Source: Vulcanimicrobiota bacterium
GTDB taxonomy: Bacteria; Vulcanimicrobiota; Vulcanimicrobiia; Vulcanimicrobiales; Vulcanimicrobiaceae
Reading direction: 5' to 3'
NCBI GenBank assembly: GCA_963777315.1
Contig: CAVZQC010000001.1
Coordinates: 224,001 to 288,000 of the forward strand
Length of the DNA: 64,000 nt
The notes under the pieces: model-generated
Told to the model about the DNA's origin: nothing
Database searches by the model: none
What the model saw: only the letters and a program-made list of their open reading frames with translations
Part shown: positions 47,569 through 58,038 of the stretch, one piece after another
How positions within the stretch are numbered: the stretch's first letter is position 1
Layout: every line of letters starts with the position of its first letter
Translations under genes and position numbers: made by a program

Positions 47569-49436
47569 TTAATTTGGCGTGGTGCTGCTGGGATGTTTGG
47601 ATTTCTGGCCGCTCTTCGGCTTTGGCATGAACTTGTAACGATCGGCTGGAATGTGGGACTCAGAAGATTTTCTGGAAACATATTTCCCGTCTTCGTCTAG
47701 GTTTCTACCATTCCACTGCTGGGTGTAATAGGGTTCTCGTTGCGATTGATTGGGGCTGTTTGGATTCCCCGGCATGTAACGCACGTTGTTGTTGGGGTTC
47801 CCTGGTTCACTCCATCGCCACCGTTGCCTTTTGCTGAAGTCTCCTCCGTCCAGCCAGCCGGCATCCCCGCGGGGCGGTGCATGGAATCGTCGTCCAGCGG
47901 CATTGGGGTTAGCAGCGTCCGCAACAGAAGCTCAAGCCGGCCACACCAAGGGCAATAGCCACTCGGGTCTTGATAAGAAAGCGGATTGTTCCGATTCCAC
48001 ATGTACGGCTTTTGCGACATCGGATCGTGCACGTCGCCGGCGTACGCGTCAGGCGCGGTCCACTGCGCGGAATTGGGATCGTAGGCGCGCACGCCCTGAA
48101 AGACGTTCAGGCCGTCCGAGTAGCCGTCGGTACGCACCGCCGTGAGCGCCGGCATATAGGACTGATAGCCTGGGCTGCCGCCGTTGGGATTGTATTTCTG
48201 ACATAACTTCGTTTCGCAGGAGCGCTGCGAGGGGTCATCGTTGCGTGCACTCAGGCCCGTCGTATTGTGCGACTGCACGGCCGTATCGCTGTAGTCACGG
48301 TCGAAGACGGTCAGCTTCCCGGTCGTATCCGTCGTGCCGAGTTTCTCGATGTAATAGCTCAGGCTGCTGCCGTCGTACTGATACAGCAGGGCGTTCCCGT
48401 CCCAGCCGTAGGTCAGCGTCGTCGTGAATGTCCCGTTGTCGACGAGGGTATTGATTCTCTGAGCGAGCTGCCCATCCGCCGCCCAAACGTAGGCGTTGGT
48501 CTGCGCGTACTGATTCGTGGGCGGCGAATCCTCGGAGAACGTGGGATTGATCGAGACGTAGTTGACCGGCAGCGTCTGCTGGATCACGTGGTTCTCCGCA
48601 TCGTAGCTGCGTTGCGAGGTGGCCACGGTCGTGCCATAGGTGGATTGATCGCTGGATTCGCGGCCGGCGGTATCGTAGCCGTAAACGTGTCCCATATGCT
48701 CGGTGATTGGGTTGCCGTTTTCGGAGGCTTGAATGTCGTAGACCGTCGAGCCCAGCGCGCCCGAACGGGCATCGTACGTGCACGATCCGGTATTTGCGGG
48801 CAAGGTTTGGCACGTAGTGCCGTTGGCGTAGTAGCCGATGGTGTTAAACGGGCCGCCCAGTTCGCCGCGCGTGCTGTACGAATACGGTTGTTGGGGGAGC
48901 TGCAGCGGCGTAAAGTACAGCAGCTCACCTTCCGCGTCGTAATTGGTCTGACCCGATGGCGCGCTGTCCGCAGGAAGTTGTTCGGTAGCGATGCGGCCGG
49001 ACGCGTCGTACGTGAACGTCTTAGCAGCAAGCGTGATTGTGCGGGCTTATAGTTGGGCACGCTGGTGCCGGTGAGCGGATCGCTTTGCGTGAGCTCACGG
49101 CCGGCATTGGTGTACGTCCAGGCAAACGTGCCGCCCGAACCTGCGCTGGTCACCAGCGACGAGCGCAGGCCGTCGGCGCGGTAATTGTACGCCATGAGAT
49201 TGGGCTGCGAGACGCTCAGCGATGGAATAGTCAGCGACAAGTCCTTGCGCAGCCCGTCGGGATAGTACGCATAACTTATGGTGCGGCCCAGGCGTGGGTG
49301 AAGCATGAGCGGCACCATGCGCGCTCGCAACGCCCGCAAACGGCGGGGTCGCCGCTGCCATCGACGCAACAAGCAGCGCCGCGCCGGCAATGCGAAAACG
49401 CGGCGCAGTGAAACTGCCCACCAACCCGGCTCCCAT
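47569..49436 (-). pseudogene. Truncated, frameshifted RHS/YD-repeat polymorphic toxin
   Basis: YD repeats (YYPDG, YDASGR, YDTAGR, YDAENH); core end RAYDPNSAQW..PD..NNPLSYQDPSG; toxin tip in a second frame; shifts near 49280, 49040 and 47820. Confidence 0.85.
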
Positions 49437-49502
49437 ATTTTGAAAATCGACAGAAGGCTCGCAAACCTTAGTGTGCGCGGCATGATGCCGCAGCGGTGTC
49501 CA

Positions 49503-50300
49503 TTACGTGCGCAGCTTGTACCCCGTGTACGCCATGCGCAGCGCGATCGTCAGCGAAACGGCCATGAGCACTACGATAACCAGCACCGAAAGCCACAGCG
49601 GCAAATACCCCTGGCCCGTATAGCTGTATCGGAACGCGTCGATCGTGTAGAACATGGGATTCGCCAGTTCGACGTGGCGCAGAACCGGCGGCAGCAGCTG
49701 GGCCGAAGTGAAGACGCCGCCGACGAAGACCAGCGGCGTAATGGCAAAGGTCGTCAGCACGGCAAGATGGTCGAACTTCTCGGCAATCAAGCCGAAAATC
49801 AGGCCCAAGGCGGAAAACAAGACGGAAACGACGATCATCACGAAAAAATACAGCCACCACGTGCGCGGCAAGGTGTGCACGAAGAAAAAGCCCAGCGCCA
49901 TGATCATATTAGCGATCAGCATCGCGCGCGCCAAGCTGCCTAAAATGTAGCCGAAAACCATCTCGCCGGCCGACATGGGCGCGATGAGCATCTCTTGGAT
50001 CGAATTCATGAACCGGCCCTGAAAGACCGAACTGCTGCACTCACCGTACGAGGAATCGATGACCTGCAGCATGATGAGGCCCGGTATCAGGAACTCGGCA
50101 TACGAAACGCCTTGCACGCTCTTGATGCGGCTTCCCAGGGCAAGCCCGAAAATCGAAACGTACAGAATCGTCGTAATGATCGGCGGCCAAATGACCTGAT
50201 TGATGATCTTCAGGCTCCGGACCATCTCACGCTTGATCAGCGTGAGCAGCGCGATCCAATTCACGCCGGAAGGATTGGCGGCGCTTGCTCGAACCATCAT
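49503..50300 (-). CDS. ABC-2 type exporter permease (YadH-like)
   Basis: FLIPGLIM, PLVFVGGVF, NPMFYTIDAFRY. Confidence 0.9.
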   Translation of the reverse strand: MMVRASAANPSGVNWIALLTLIKREMVRSLKIINQVIWPPIITTILYVSIFGLALGSRIKSVQGVSYAEFLIPGLIMLQVIDSSYGECSSSVFQGRFMNSIQEMLIAPMSAGEMVFGYILGSLARAMLIANMIMALGFFFVHTLPRTWWLYFFVMIVVSVLFSALGLIFGLIAEKFDHLAVLTTFAITPLVFVGGVFTSAQLLPPVLRHVELANPMFYTIDAFRYSYTGQGYLPLWLSVLVIVVLMAVSLTIALRMAYTGYKLRT

Positions 50301-51040
50301 GCTCGCGTCAGATCCAGGAATACTTCCTGCAGCCCTTTGCCTTTGCGATCGAGCAGTTCGCGCGTGGGCTCGAGCGCGACCAGCTTTCCGCTGCGAATGA
50401 TTCCCACGTTGCGGCACAGCGCTTCGGCCTCTTCCAGATAATGCGTGGTCAGAAAAATCGTCATGCCGCCCGCATTGAGCTCGCGCAGGAAGGCCCACAA
50501 TTCCAGCCGCAGCTCCACGTCGACGCCCGCAGTCGGTTCGTCCAGGATCAAAAGCTCGGGCGAGTGAACCAAAGCACGCGCGAGCGTGAGCCTCCGCTTC
50601 ATCCCGCCCGAAAGTTTCATATAGTCCTGCTTGGCCTTGGAAGAAAGACCGAAGCGCTCGAGCAGCATATCGGCCTGTTGAGCGACTTCGCGCGGCCGCA
50701 ATCCAAAATAGCCGGCTTGGTAGATCAAAATATCCCGAATCGACAGATACCGGTCGAAGTTGTATTCCTGGGGCGCCAAGCCGATGAGCCGGCGAGCCGA
50801 GCGCCACTGCGCAACGTTGTCGTATCCAAAAATGTTGATGCTTCCGGAGTTCATGCGCGCCAGTCCGACGATGGCGTTGATCGTCGTGGTCTTTCCCGCG
50901 CCGTTGGGGCCCAGAAAGGCGAAGAAGTCTCCGGCCTGCACGCGCAGCGAAACGTCGTCGACCGCGACGAACCGCTCGTAGCGCTTGACCAGATGCGAAA
51001 TCTCGATAGCGGGGGCGCCCGAAGCGGCGCCGTTGTCTAG
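50297..51040 (-). CDS. ABC-2 type ATP-binding protein (YadG-like; start uncertain)
   Basis: GPNGAGKTT, LSGGMKRR, LLILDEP, TTH. Confidence 0.9.
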   Translation of the reverse strand, partial: LDNGAASGAPAIEISHLVKRYERFVAVDDVSLRVQAGDFFAFLGPNGAGKTTTINAIVGLARMNSGSINIFGYDNVAQWRSARRLIGLAPQEYNFDRYLSIRDILIYQAGYFGLRPREVAQQADMLLERFGLSSKAKQDYMKLSGGMKRRLTLARALVHSPELLILDEPTAGVDVELRLELWAFLRELNAGGMTIFLTTHYLEEAEALCRNVGIIRSGKLVALEPTRELLDRKGKGLQEVFLDLTRA

Positions 51041-51063
51041 GCGCCCGTCCGGACGACGGACTC

Positions 51064-51802
51064 CTAGGGAACTAGCGTTTTTAATCGTTTGTACCGATGG
51101 CGGCGAAGGGTGGAAATCAGACTCCGTACTTTCCGGAATCCCGCAATCTGCCAGCTGGGTTGCAACTTTCTTCACGTCGAAGGGAACGCGGCGGTGCTTG
51201 ACCTCCCACCCGCCCGCGCGCCGCGTGAACAGCGCATACCCCGCGCGCGGGTCGCCGTCCTTGGGCAAACCGGCCGAAGACACGTTCACCAGCAGTTTGC
51301 CGCGCCAGGTGCGCGCGTACGGAATGTGCAGATGCCCGAACGCAATGGTGCCGGCGCGTTCGGGCCCGATCAAACGCTCCAGCGTAGCGTCGTCCGCGTC
51401 GGGCCAAAGGTGATCGTCGTCGGTGGCCGGATTGGCATGCACGACGAGCAGCTCCTGATCTTCATCGCCAAAGCGCAGTGAGAACGGCAGCTCGCGAAGC
51501 CAGCCCACCCACTTCTCGCCGATCTGCTTGCGCTGCCACTCCAACTGCTTTCGATCGTTCTCGTCGGCGCCGCGCAAGTCGCCCGCATCGGCCGCGCTCA
51601 CGTAGCGATCGGTGTTTCCGCGCAAGCATTGGGCGCCGATATCTTGCAATCGCTGCAGCACTTTCTTAGGGCGAGGCCCGTCCATGCACAGGTCTCCCGC
51701 GCCGACGATCACGTCGGCGCCTCCTTGGTGCTGCAGATCGGTAAGGCAGGCGTCCAGCCCGACCAGGTTGCCGTGAATATCGGAAAGGATTGCTATGCGC
51801 AT
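51064..51802 (-). CDS. Calcineurin-like metallophosphoesterase (YfcE-like) with apparent frameshift near 51121
   Basis: SDIHGN, GDL, GNTD, GHLH; a natural-looking end ELISTLRRHRYKRLKTLVP* lies in an alternative frame. Confidence 0.8.
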
Positions 51803-51808
51803 AGCCGT

Positions 51809-52654
51809 TTACACGCGTTTGATGTCGGCAACGAGCATCGACGGCGTAATTCCGACTCGCGCAAAATCGTACAAGTCGATCGCTTCGACGATCACTCCGC
51901 GTTTGCGCAGCATATCAACGACTTTGGGAAACCGCATGTCCGCAAGCACGTGATGTTCGCCCAAATTGAGAACGCCCGCGCCCAGTTCGTCGCCGGAATT
52001 CGCCGTATACACTTTGTACGATGCGAACGCTGCATGATCCACGTACTGCGGCCCGGCGAGCACGAACGCGTCCTTCGCCAGGACGCCCGCCACGGCGCGC
52101 AGCGAACCGGCTCGTTCTCCTAAGCGCACTTCCACGATTCCGTAGCCGTGCGCTCTGGCGATCTGCGCGAATCCGTTGCGACCGAGCGCGTTGCTGCGCG
52201 CGCTCGCGCCGATGAATGCCGTGTTGCCCGCCATGATGACGTCGCTGCCGTCCAGCAGTCCGGGCGGCGATACGTGGGCGGCGATAGGAATGTCGTGCTG
52301 CTCGAGCTGCGCCTCCAGCCAGGCAACTTGAGGACGGCGCGCCATCGAGCAGGGACGCATCATCACCACGCCATTCTCGAAAGCAATTGCGGCATCGGCG
52401 ACGGCGCACGCGTAAGGATCGCCGCCGTGAGGCTGCAGCACGGTCGTATCGCAACCGAAGTACTCGAGCGTCTTGACCAGGATGCGCTGAGCAGACGCAG
52501 CTCGAGCATGCACCGCGCTGGGCTCACCGGCCAGCGGGCGGGCTTCCTCGATAGCAGCGCTCACGGCCACCAGCATGGCGGCACGCAGCGCGCCGGTCGG
52601 GTTTGCAACCAGACGCGGTCCATAGGAAACGTTGGAAGTATGCATTCCCGTCAT
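51809..52654 (-). CDS. Amidinotransferase/DDAH-fold protein, catalytically degenerate
   Basis: LDGSDV, GASARSNALG and PYACAVADAA segments match the DDAH layout. Confidence 0.65.
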   Translation of the reverse strand: MTGMHTSNVSYGPRLVANPTGALRAAMLVAVSAAIEEARPLAGEPSAVHARAASAQRILVKTLEYFGCDTTVLQPHGGDPYACAVADAAIAFENGVVMMRPCSMARRPQVAWLEAQLEQHDIPIAAHVSPPGLLDGSDVIMAGNTAFIGASARSNALGRNGFAQIARAHGYGIVEVRLGERAGSLRAVAGVLAKDAFVLAGPQYVDHAAFASYKVYTANSGDELGAGVLNLGEHHVLADMRFPKVVDMLRKRGVIVEAIDLYDFARVGITPSMLVADIKRV

Positions 52655-55452
52655 TGATTCGCGTGAAGGGCCCGCAGTGCCGCCCGATAGAGCGCCTGCT
52701 GGCGGCCGGCATAGATCGCGGGAGGCATCGTGCCGCGCGCAGCGGCCAGCGCGTCGGCTCGACGCGATAGATCGACGATTGGCGCGGACCGTTCGACATC
52801 CGCGTCCGGGCCGCTCTGGTCGGTTTGGTCCAAGAGCGCGGCAATGCGCCGGCCCGGCGCGCTTGCAGTCTGGGGAGCAACCGGCAACGCGGAATAGGGC
52901 GCGCTATCGGGCGGACGCGCCGTAAAAAAACTCGCCATGTCGGTGGCCAGCAGATCGCCCAGCGAGAGCGGCGGCAGGCCCAAAATCTCTTCTTCCGTTT
53001 TCAAAATGCTGACCGTCGATAGGTGCGAGTCGCCGGTGAAACGCCGTTTGGCGTATGGCGAGACCACCACGGCGTACGTACGGTGTTCGCTGACGTGATC
53101 GCGCGAACTCTGCGCGTCGTCGGGGGTGATGAAGATTGCCGTCGACGGCCAAGTCGGCTGATGCGAGAGAAAATCCACGATCAGGCCCAAAGCGCGATCG
53201 CCGTCGGCAACTTCTTCGGGAAGCGGCGGAATATCGGGACCGAAACCGCCGTGATCGTTGGGCAGCCAAATATAGGTGAAATCCGGCACGGCGCCGCGCT
53301 GCTCTAATCCGGTGTAGTCGCGGATGAACTCGCGCGCGCGCCGGACGTCGCGGATGCGAAGATTCCATCCCGGGTAATCGGCGTCGATGTGTCCGCCCAA
53401 TGCCGCCAAAGCCGGAACGTCCAGCGAATACAGCCCGCCCAAACCGCTGGTCGGCGCGCTTTCATCGTTCACGCCTAGAAACTTCGGATCGTCGTCTTTG
53501 GGATCGACGGCCCGTCCCTCGTCGTATCCCGACAACCGGATCAAATCGCCGTAATCGCGGTACGTGCGGCCGGCTCTCGCGGCGTTGTTGAAGATGTAGC
53601 CGGCGCGCGGATAGTCTTCAGGATCCTCGTTCTTGTTGACCATCGGCGCGCGTCCGCTTTTGACCAGCAGCGTTTTTTCCGAATACGCGGTCGTGATGCC
53701 GGCCGCTGCGAATTGGTGACCCGCGTCGGACTCCTCCGAATCCGCGTAGAGATTGGTGGCCAGCGCATACTCGCGTGCGAGCGCGTGCAGATTCGGGGTA
53801 ATGGTTTGGCCAAAGGAAACGAGTGCGGGATCCCCCTTGCCGTACGGCCGTCCTTGCGCGTCGGTCAGATCGCCCAGCATGGCGTCGTACGTTTTATTCT
53901 CTTCTAAAATGAACACGACGTGTTTGATGACGCTGCTGCGTTGGAGGGATCGCAGTGGCGGCACCACCGGATCGGCGTGCGGACGCTGCGCGACGCGCAA
54001 ATACCGCAGCGCCGAGAAGGTCGTCTTCTCCAGCGGCAGCTTGTGCAGATCGATCCGCTGCAAGGTCGACCACATCACGTTGCTGTCCTGTTCGGCTTGG
54101 TACACGTGACCGCCGGGACTGCTGCGGTACGGCGGTCCTCCTTCAAAGCGAGGTTCCTGCCCGATGCCTTTGGCGTTTGCCACGTACAGATAGCGTCCCG
54201 TCGGCGAAACGGCGAGGGCGGTGGGATACCATCCTGTTGGAATCAGCCCCAAGCGGTGCAGTTTTCCGGGGTTGCGCGCGTCGACCACCGCGATGGCGTT
54301 CATGCCTGCCAACGCGACGTAGAGCCGTTTGCCGTTGGGGCTCAGGGCGATGGCATCGGGCTGCGTTCCGTACGGCGAGCGGTCGAACAAGCGCAATTGC
54401 AATCCGCTGACCACGCGCGGTATGCCCGATAAGCTCACTACGGCAACGCGGTCGACGTTGGCCATGCAGACGTAGGCATAACGCCCGTCCTTCGAAATCG
54501 CGATCGCATTGGGGTGCGCGCCGCCGACGTTGTCCATGCCGTCCGGCGCCTGATCCATCGCGGTCGACACGAGAGCTTGCCGAACGTCGCCCTGCGCGGT
54601 AAGCGCGACGGTCGTCATCGCCGAGCCTTGCGTGGGTGCAAACGGAACGTTGGCAAAGACGGGATAGCGAACTTGTTTAGGCAGATTGCCGTACAGCATC
54701 AACCCGGGATCGGTGACGTACAGACGACGGCCGCCGACCGCGGCTGCGTACGGAAAAAACCCCACGGGCACCGTATGCATGACTTGCCGCGCGGCCACGT
54801 CAACCGCAGTCACGCTGTTGCCCAAATTGTTCACGACGTACGCGATACGGCGATTCGGCGAAAGCGTAATCCAACCCGGAAAGGCGTGGTGCGCATTGGC
54901 GTACCGCGGATCTGCGGCCCGAGGAATGGCCAGCGTCGACTCTTCGTGCAGCTTTCCCGCACCGTCCAAGCGCCAAAAGCGCAAACTGTCGGCACCGCCG
55001 GTGGACGCGATCACGAGCGTTTGCTCCGGGCTAGCAGGATCGCGCATGGCAGCGACCCCCAAGAACAGCGACAGGTCGCCGCTCTTGAACACGTCCGTCA
55101 CCGCCATGGTAGCGGTATCGACGACAGCCATCGAATAACCGCCGCGCACCGCCGGAGCGATCGTGCTGCGTGCCGATGATTCGCGTTCGTCGTCGTTGCT
55201 CACGACGGCGTACTTGCCGCCTGGCGCGAGCGCTAACCCGAGCGCATTCATCCCGACGATAGTGCTCTTTCCGACGGGCGCGAGGATGCGGCCGTTGGGT
55301 AGCACGACGTTATACGGAATCGCGGGGTTGGGTGCACCGGCGATGCGCAAACCAGCCGGCGCTGTATATACCGTCGGCAGCGGGCCCGCTCCGAGCAGCG
55401 CCAGCGCGGTAACGACCGCACAGAAAGCTCGCAAATTCACAAAGGCAGCCAT
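52651..55452 (-). CDS. Secreted YncE/YVTN beta-propeller + phosphoesterase (alkaline-phosphatase-like) protein
   Basis: Signal peptide; propeller repeats (VGFFP, PTGWYP); IKHVVFILEENKTYD, LPNDH, DDAQ. Confidence 0.85.
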   Translation of the reverse strand: MAAFVNLRAFCAVVTALALLGAGPLPTVYTAPAGLRIAGAPNPAIPYNVVLPNGRILAPVGKSTIVGMNALGLALAPGGKYAVVSNDDERESSARSTIAPAVRGGYSMAVVDTATMAVTDVFKSGDLSLFLGVAAMRDPASPEQTLVIASTGGADSLRFWRLDGAGKLHEESTLAIPRAADPRYANAHHAFPGWITLSPNRRIAYVVNNLGNSVTAVDVAARQVMHTVPVGFFPYAAAVGGRRLYVTDPGLMLYGNLPKQVRYPVFANVPFAPTQGSAMTTVALTAQGDVRQALVSTAMDQAPDGMDNVGGAHPNAIAISKDGRYAYVCMANVDRVAVVSLSGIPRVVSGLQLRLFDRSPYGTQPDAIALSPNGKRLYVALAGMNAIAVVDARNPGKLHRLGLIPTGWYPTALAVSPTGRYLYVANAKGIGQEPRFEGGPPYRSSPGGHVYQAEQDSNVMWSTLQRIDLHKLPLEKTTFSALRYLRVAQRPHADPVVPPLRSLQRSSVIKHVVFILEENKTYDAMLGDLTDAQGRPYGKGDPALVSFGQTITPNLHALAREYALATNLYADSEESDAGHQFAAAGITTAYSEKTLLVKSGRAPMVNKNEDPEDYPRAGYIFNNAARAGRTYRDYGDLIRLSGYDEGRAVDPKDDDPKFLGVNDESAPTSGLGGLYSLDVPALAALGGHIDADYPGWNLRIRDVRRAREFIRDYTGLEQRGAVPDFTYIWLPNDHGGFGPDIPPLPEEVADGDRALGLIVDFLSHQPTWPSTAIFITPDDAQSSRDHVSEHRTYAVVVSPYAKRRFTGDSHLSTVSILKTEEEILGLPPLSLGDLLATDMASFFTARPPDSAPYSALPVAPQTASAPGRRIAALLDQTDQSGPDADVERSAPIVDLSRRADALAAARGTMPPAIYAGRQQALYRAALRALHANQ

Positions 55453-55513
55453 ACGGACGGCGCACGAGGCTCCCCTGCTGCGCCTAGGGGCGAACGACTT
55501 CCTCTTCTTTGGC

Positions 55514-55870
55514 TTATAGCGATTCTAGGATTTCAATCCAGCGATTCCACAGCGCGACGTCGCCTTTTTCCGGATCGTCCGCAGTCTGTTTGGCCGACTC
55601 GATCATGGCGGCGGTTTGGGCTTTCCCGCGCGCGTCCACGTTCTTCTCCATGAATTCCGCCGCAGCCGCCAGTGCGTCTTGGGGCTCGAGCGGATCGGCG
55701 GTAACCGTGTCCAAGAAGCGCTGGTACAGCGCCGGCAGCCGCGAATGATCGCCGTCCATTTGCATGTTGCGCGCCAGCTCTTCCATCGCCGGATCCGCGA
55801 GCCGCGATGCATCCTGCAAGAGCAGCTTCCGGATCGCTTCGTACGTCTGCTGCTTGGAAACGAACTCCAT
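55514..55870 (-). CDS. Hypothetical protein
   Basis: 118-aa helical ORF between co-oriented genes. Confidence 0.55.
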   Translation of the reverse strand: MEFVSKQQTYEAIRKLLLQDASRLADPAMEELARNMQMDGDHSRLPALYQRFLDTVTADPLEPQDALAAAAEFMEKNVDARGKAQTAAMIESAKQTADDPEKGDVALWNRWIEILESL

Positions 55871-55890
55871 CGTGCGCCCGTATACCCGGT

Positions 55891-56583
55891 TTACTTCGTG
55901 TCCAGCCGGTAGCCGATGCCGCGCACGCTGGCAATCTCCACCGGCGCACCCACTTCGGAAAGCTTCTTGCGAAGCGCTGCGATGTGCACGTCGACCACCC
56001 GGGTAGGCACTCCCGACGTGTCGTTCCACACGTGCTCGAGGATCTGTGCGCGCGTGAGCAGCCGGCCTTCGGCTTCGGCCAAAAACCACAGCAGCCGAAA
56101 TTCCAGCGCAGTCAGCGTCACGTTCTTGCCGTCGTTGTTGAGCGTATGGAAATCACGCACGAGCTTCGCCGTGCCTACTTGCAGGACGCCGGCGTCTTCT
56201 TTCTTTTGAAGATACTTCTCGCGCCGGCGCAAAAACGACGCAACGCGCGCTACGAGCTCGTTCCCGGAGAACGGCTTGGTGATGTAGTCGTCCGCGCCCA
56301 AACCCAGACCCAGCAGTACGTCTTGCTCGCGTGAATGTCCGCTGACCATCAGCACGAAGGCGTTGTTGGAGTTGGACAGCGAGGTGCACACGTCCAGGCC
56401 CGAGATGTCCGGCAAGCCGATGTCGAGTATAACGATGTCGGGTTTGTACGTATCGGCCAGTTCCAGACCTTCGGCGCCCGTGCCGGTGACGCGAACTTCG
56501 TAGTCGGCTCGTTCGAGCACGCTCTGCTCGAGCTTTGCGATGTCTTCGTCGTCCTCGATAACGAGGATCTTGGACTGCGGCAT
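55891..56583 (-). CDS. OmpR-family response regulator
   Basis: IEDD, LDIGLP, GADDYITKPF; winged helix VDVHIAALRKKL..VRGIGY. Confidence 0.95.
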   Translation of the reverse strand: MPQSKILVIEDDEDIAKLEQSVLERADYEVRVTGTGAEGLELADTYKPDIVILDIGLPDISGLDVCTSLSNSNNAFVLMVSGHSREQDVLLGLGLGADDYITKPFSGNELVARVASFLRRREKYLQKKEDAGVLQVGTAKLVRDFHTLNNDGKNVTLTALEFRLLWFLAEAEGRLLTRAQILEHVWNDTSGVPTRVVDVHIAALRKKLSEVGAPVEIASVRGIGYRLDTK

Positions 56584-56592
56584 ATACCCCCT

Positions 56593-58035
56593 TTATGTAC
56601 TCGCGGTTATATCTTCCCCTTCCGAGAGGACGAATTGACGCCGGGCGACTCCCTCATCGACCGCCGCGGACGCGACCGCCTTTGCAACAGCCTCGACCAC
56701 CCGCACGTCAAAAACGCTCGGTATGATGTATTCCGGGCTGCGTTCCTGGTCCGCGACGATGGACGCGATGGCATGAGCCGCTGCAAGCTTCATCTTCTGC
56801 GTGATTCGCCCCGCCCGGGAGTCCAGCGCTCCGCGGAAGATGCCGGGAAACGCAAGTAAGTTATTGACTTGATTGGGAAAGTCGGAGCGCCCCGTTGCGA
56901 TGACCGCGACGTGCGGCGCCGCGATGTCGGGCATGATCTCCGGAGTGGGGTTGGCCATGGCAAAGACGATCGGATCGCGCGCCATGTTGCGCAAGTCCTC
57001 GGACTGCAAGATGCCCGGCGCCGAAACGCCGATGAACACGTCGGCGCCTTTGAGGACCTCCGCCAGGGTGCCGCGCCGGTTCTCGCGGTTGGTGTGTTCG
57101 GCCAGCCACCGCCAATGCGAATTCTCGTAGCGGTCCGTGCGGTTGAGCGCTCCGGCGCGGTCGACCGGAACGACGTCGCGTACTCCCGCCTCGAGCAGCA
57201 TCTTGATCGTAGCGGTTCCCGCGGCACCGCTGCCGGCCACGACGATTTGCAGATTCTCCAACGGCTTTTCGACTACTTTGGCCGCATTGATGAGCGCCGC
57301 TAGAATCACGACCGCCGTGCCGTGCTGATCGTCGTGCATAACCGGGATGTCGAGCGTTTCGACCAGCCTTCGCTCCACTTCAAAACAGCGCGGCGCCGAG
57401 ATGTCCTCCAAATTGATTCCGCCGAAAACCGGCGCGATGCGCTGCACGGTTTCGACGATCTCGTCGATGTCTTTCGTGTCCAGGCAAATCGGAAACGCAT
57501 CAATGCCGGCGAACTGTTTGAACAGCATCGCTTTGCCCTCCATGACGGGCAGCGCGCCGAGCGGTCCGATATCGCCCAGCCCTAACACCGCGGTGCCGTC
57601 CGTGACCACCGCGACGCTGTTGCGCTTGATGGTCAGATTGAACGCTTTGGAGGGATCGGCCGCAATGGCCATCGACACGCGCGCAACGCCGGGCGTGTAA
57701 ACGGTGGAAAGATCCTGACGTGTTTTGACCGGAATTTTCGGCTCGATCCGAATCTTGCCGCCCAAATGCGCGAGAAACGTGCTGTCCGAAGCGCTCACGA
57801 CGGTGACGCCGTCGAGCTGTTCGACCGCAACCCGCACGCCTTTTCCGACCAAGTCCGAACTGACGTTCACGGTGACGTCGCGAACGATTTGCGTCTTGTT
57901 GATGGAGCGCATGTCCACTGCCGCGATGACGCCGCCCGCGTCGCCTATCGCGGCAGCGAGCTGATTGAAGGCGCCTGGGCTGTTGGGCATTTCCACCCGC
58001 ATGATGAGCGTGAAACCGATCGCTATCTGTGGCAT
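56593..58035 (-). CDS. NAD-dependent malic enzyme with N-terminal ACT domain
   Basis: YTPGVA, DGTAVLGLG, MEGK, NLEDI, HDDQHGT, NQVNN. Confidence 0.95.
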   Translation of the reverse strand: MPQIAIGFTLIMRVEMPNSPGAFNQLAAAIGDAGGVIAAVDMRSINKTQIVRDVTVNVSSDLVGKGVRVAVEQLDGVTVVSASDSTFLAHLGGKIRIEPKIPVKTRQDLSTVYTPGVARVSMAIAADPSKAFNLTIKRNSVAVVTDGTAVLGLGDIGPLGALPVMEGKAMLFKQFAGIDAFPICLDTKDIDEIVETVQRIAPVFGGINLEDISAPRCFEVERRLVETLDIPVMHDDQHGTAVVILAALINAAKVVEKPLENLQIVVAGSGAAGTATIKMLLEAGVRDVVPVDRAGALNRTDRYENSHWRWLAEHTNRENRRGTLAEVLKGADVFIGVSAPGILQSEDLRNMARDPIVFAMANPTPEIMPDIAAPHVAVIATGRSDFPNQVNNLLAFPGIFRGALDSRAGRITQKMKLAAAHAIASIVADQERSPEYIIPSVFDVRVVEAVAKAVASAAVDEGVARRQFVLSEGEDITAST

Positions 58036-58038
58036 CGA

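Noticed and set aside
50297..51802. Metallophosphoesterase-ABC ATPase fusion (501-aa ORF)
   Set aside because: The linker looks like out-of-frame sequence; a one-base correction near 51121 gives a normal phosphoesterase stop at 51064.
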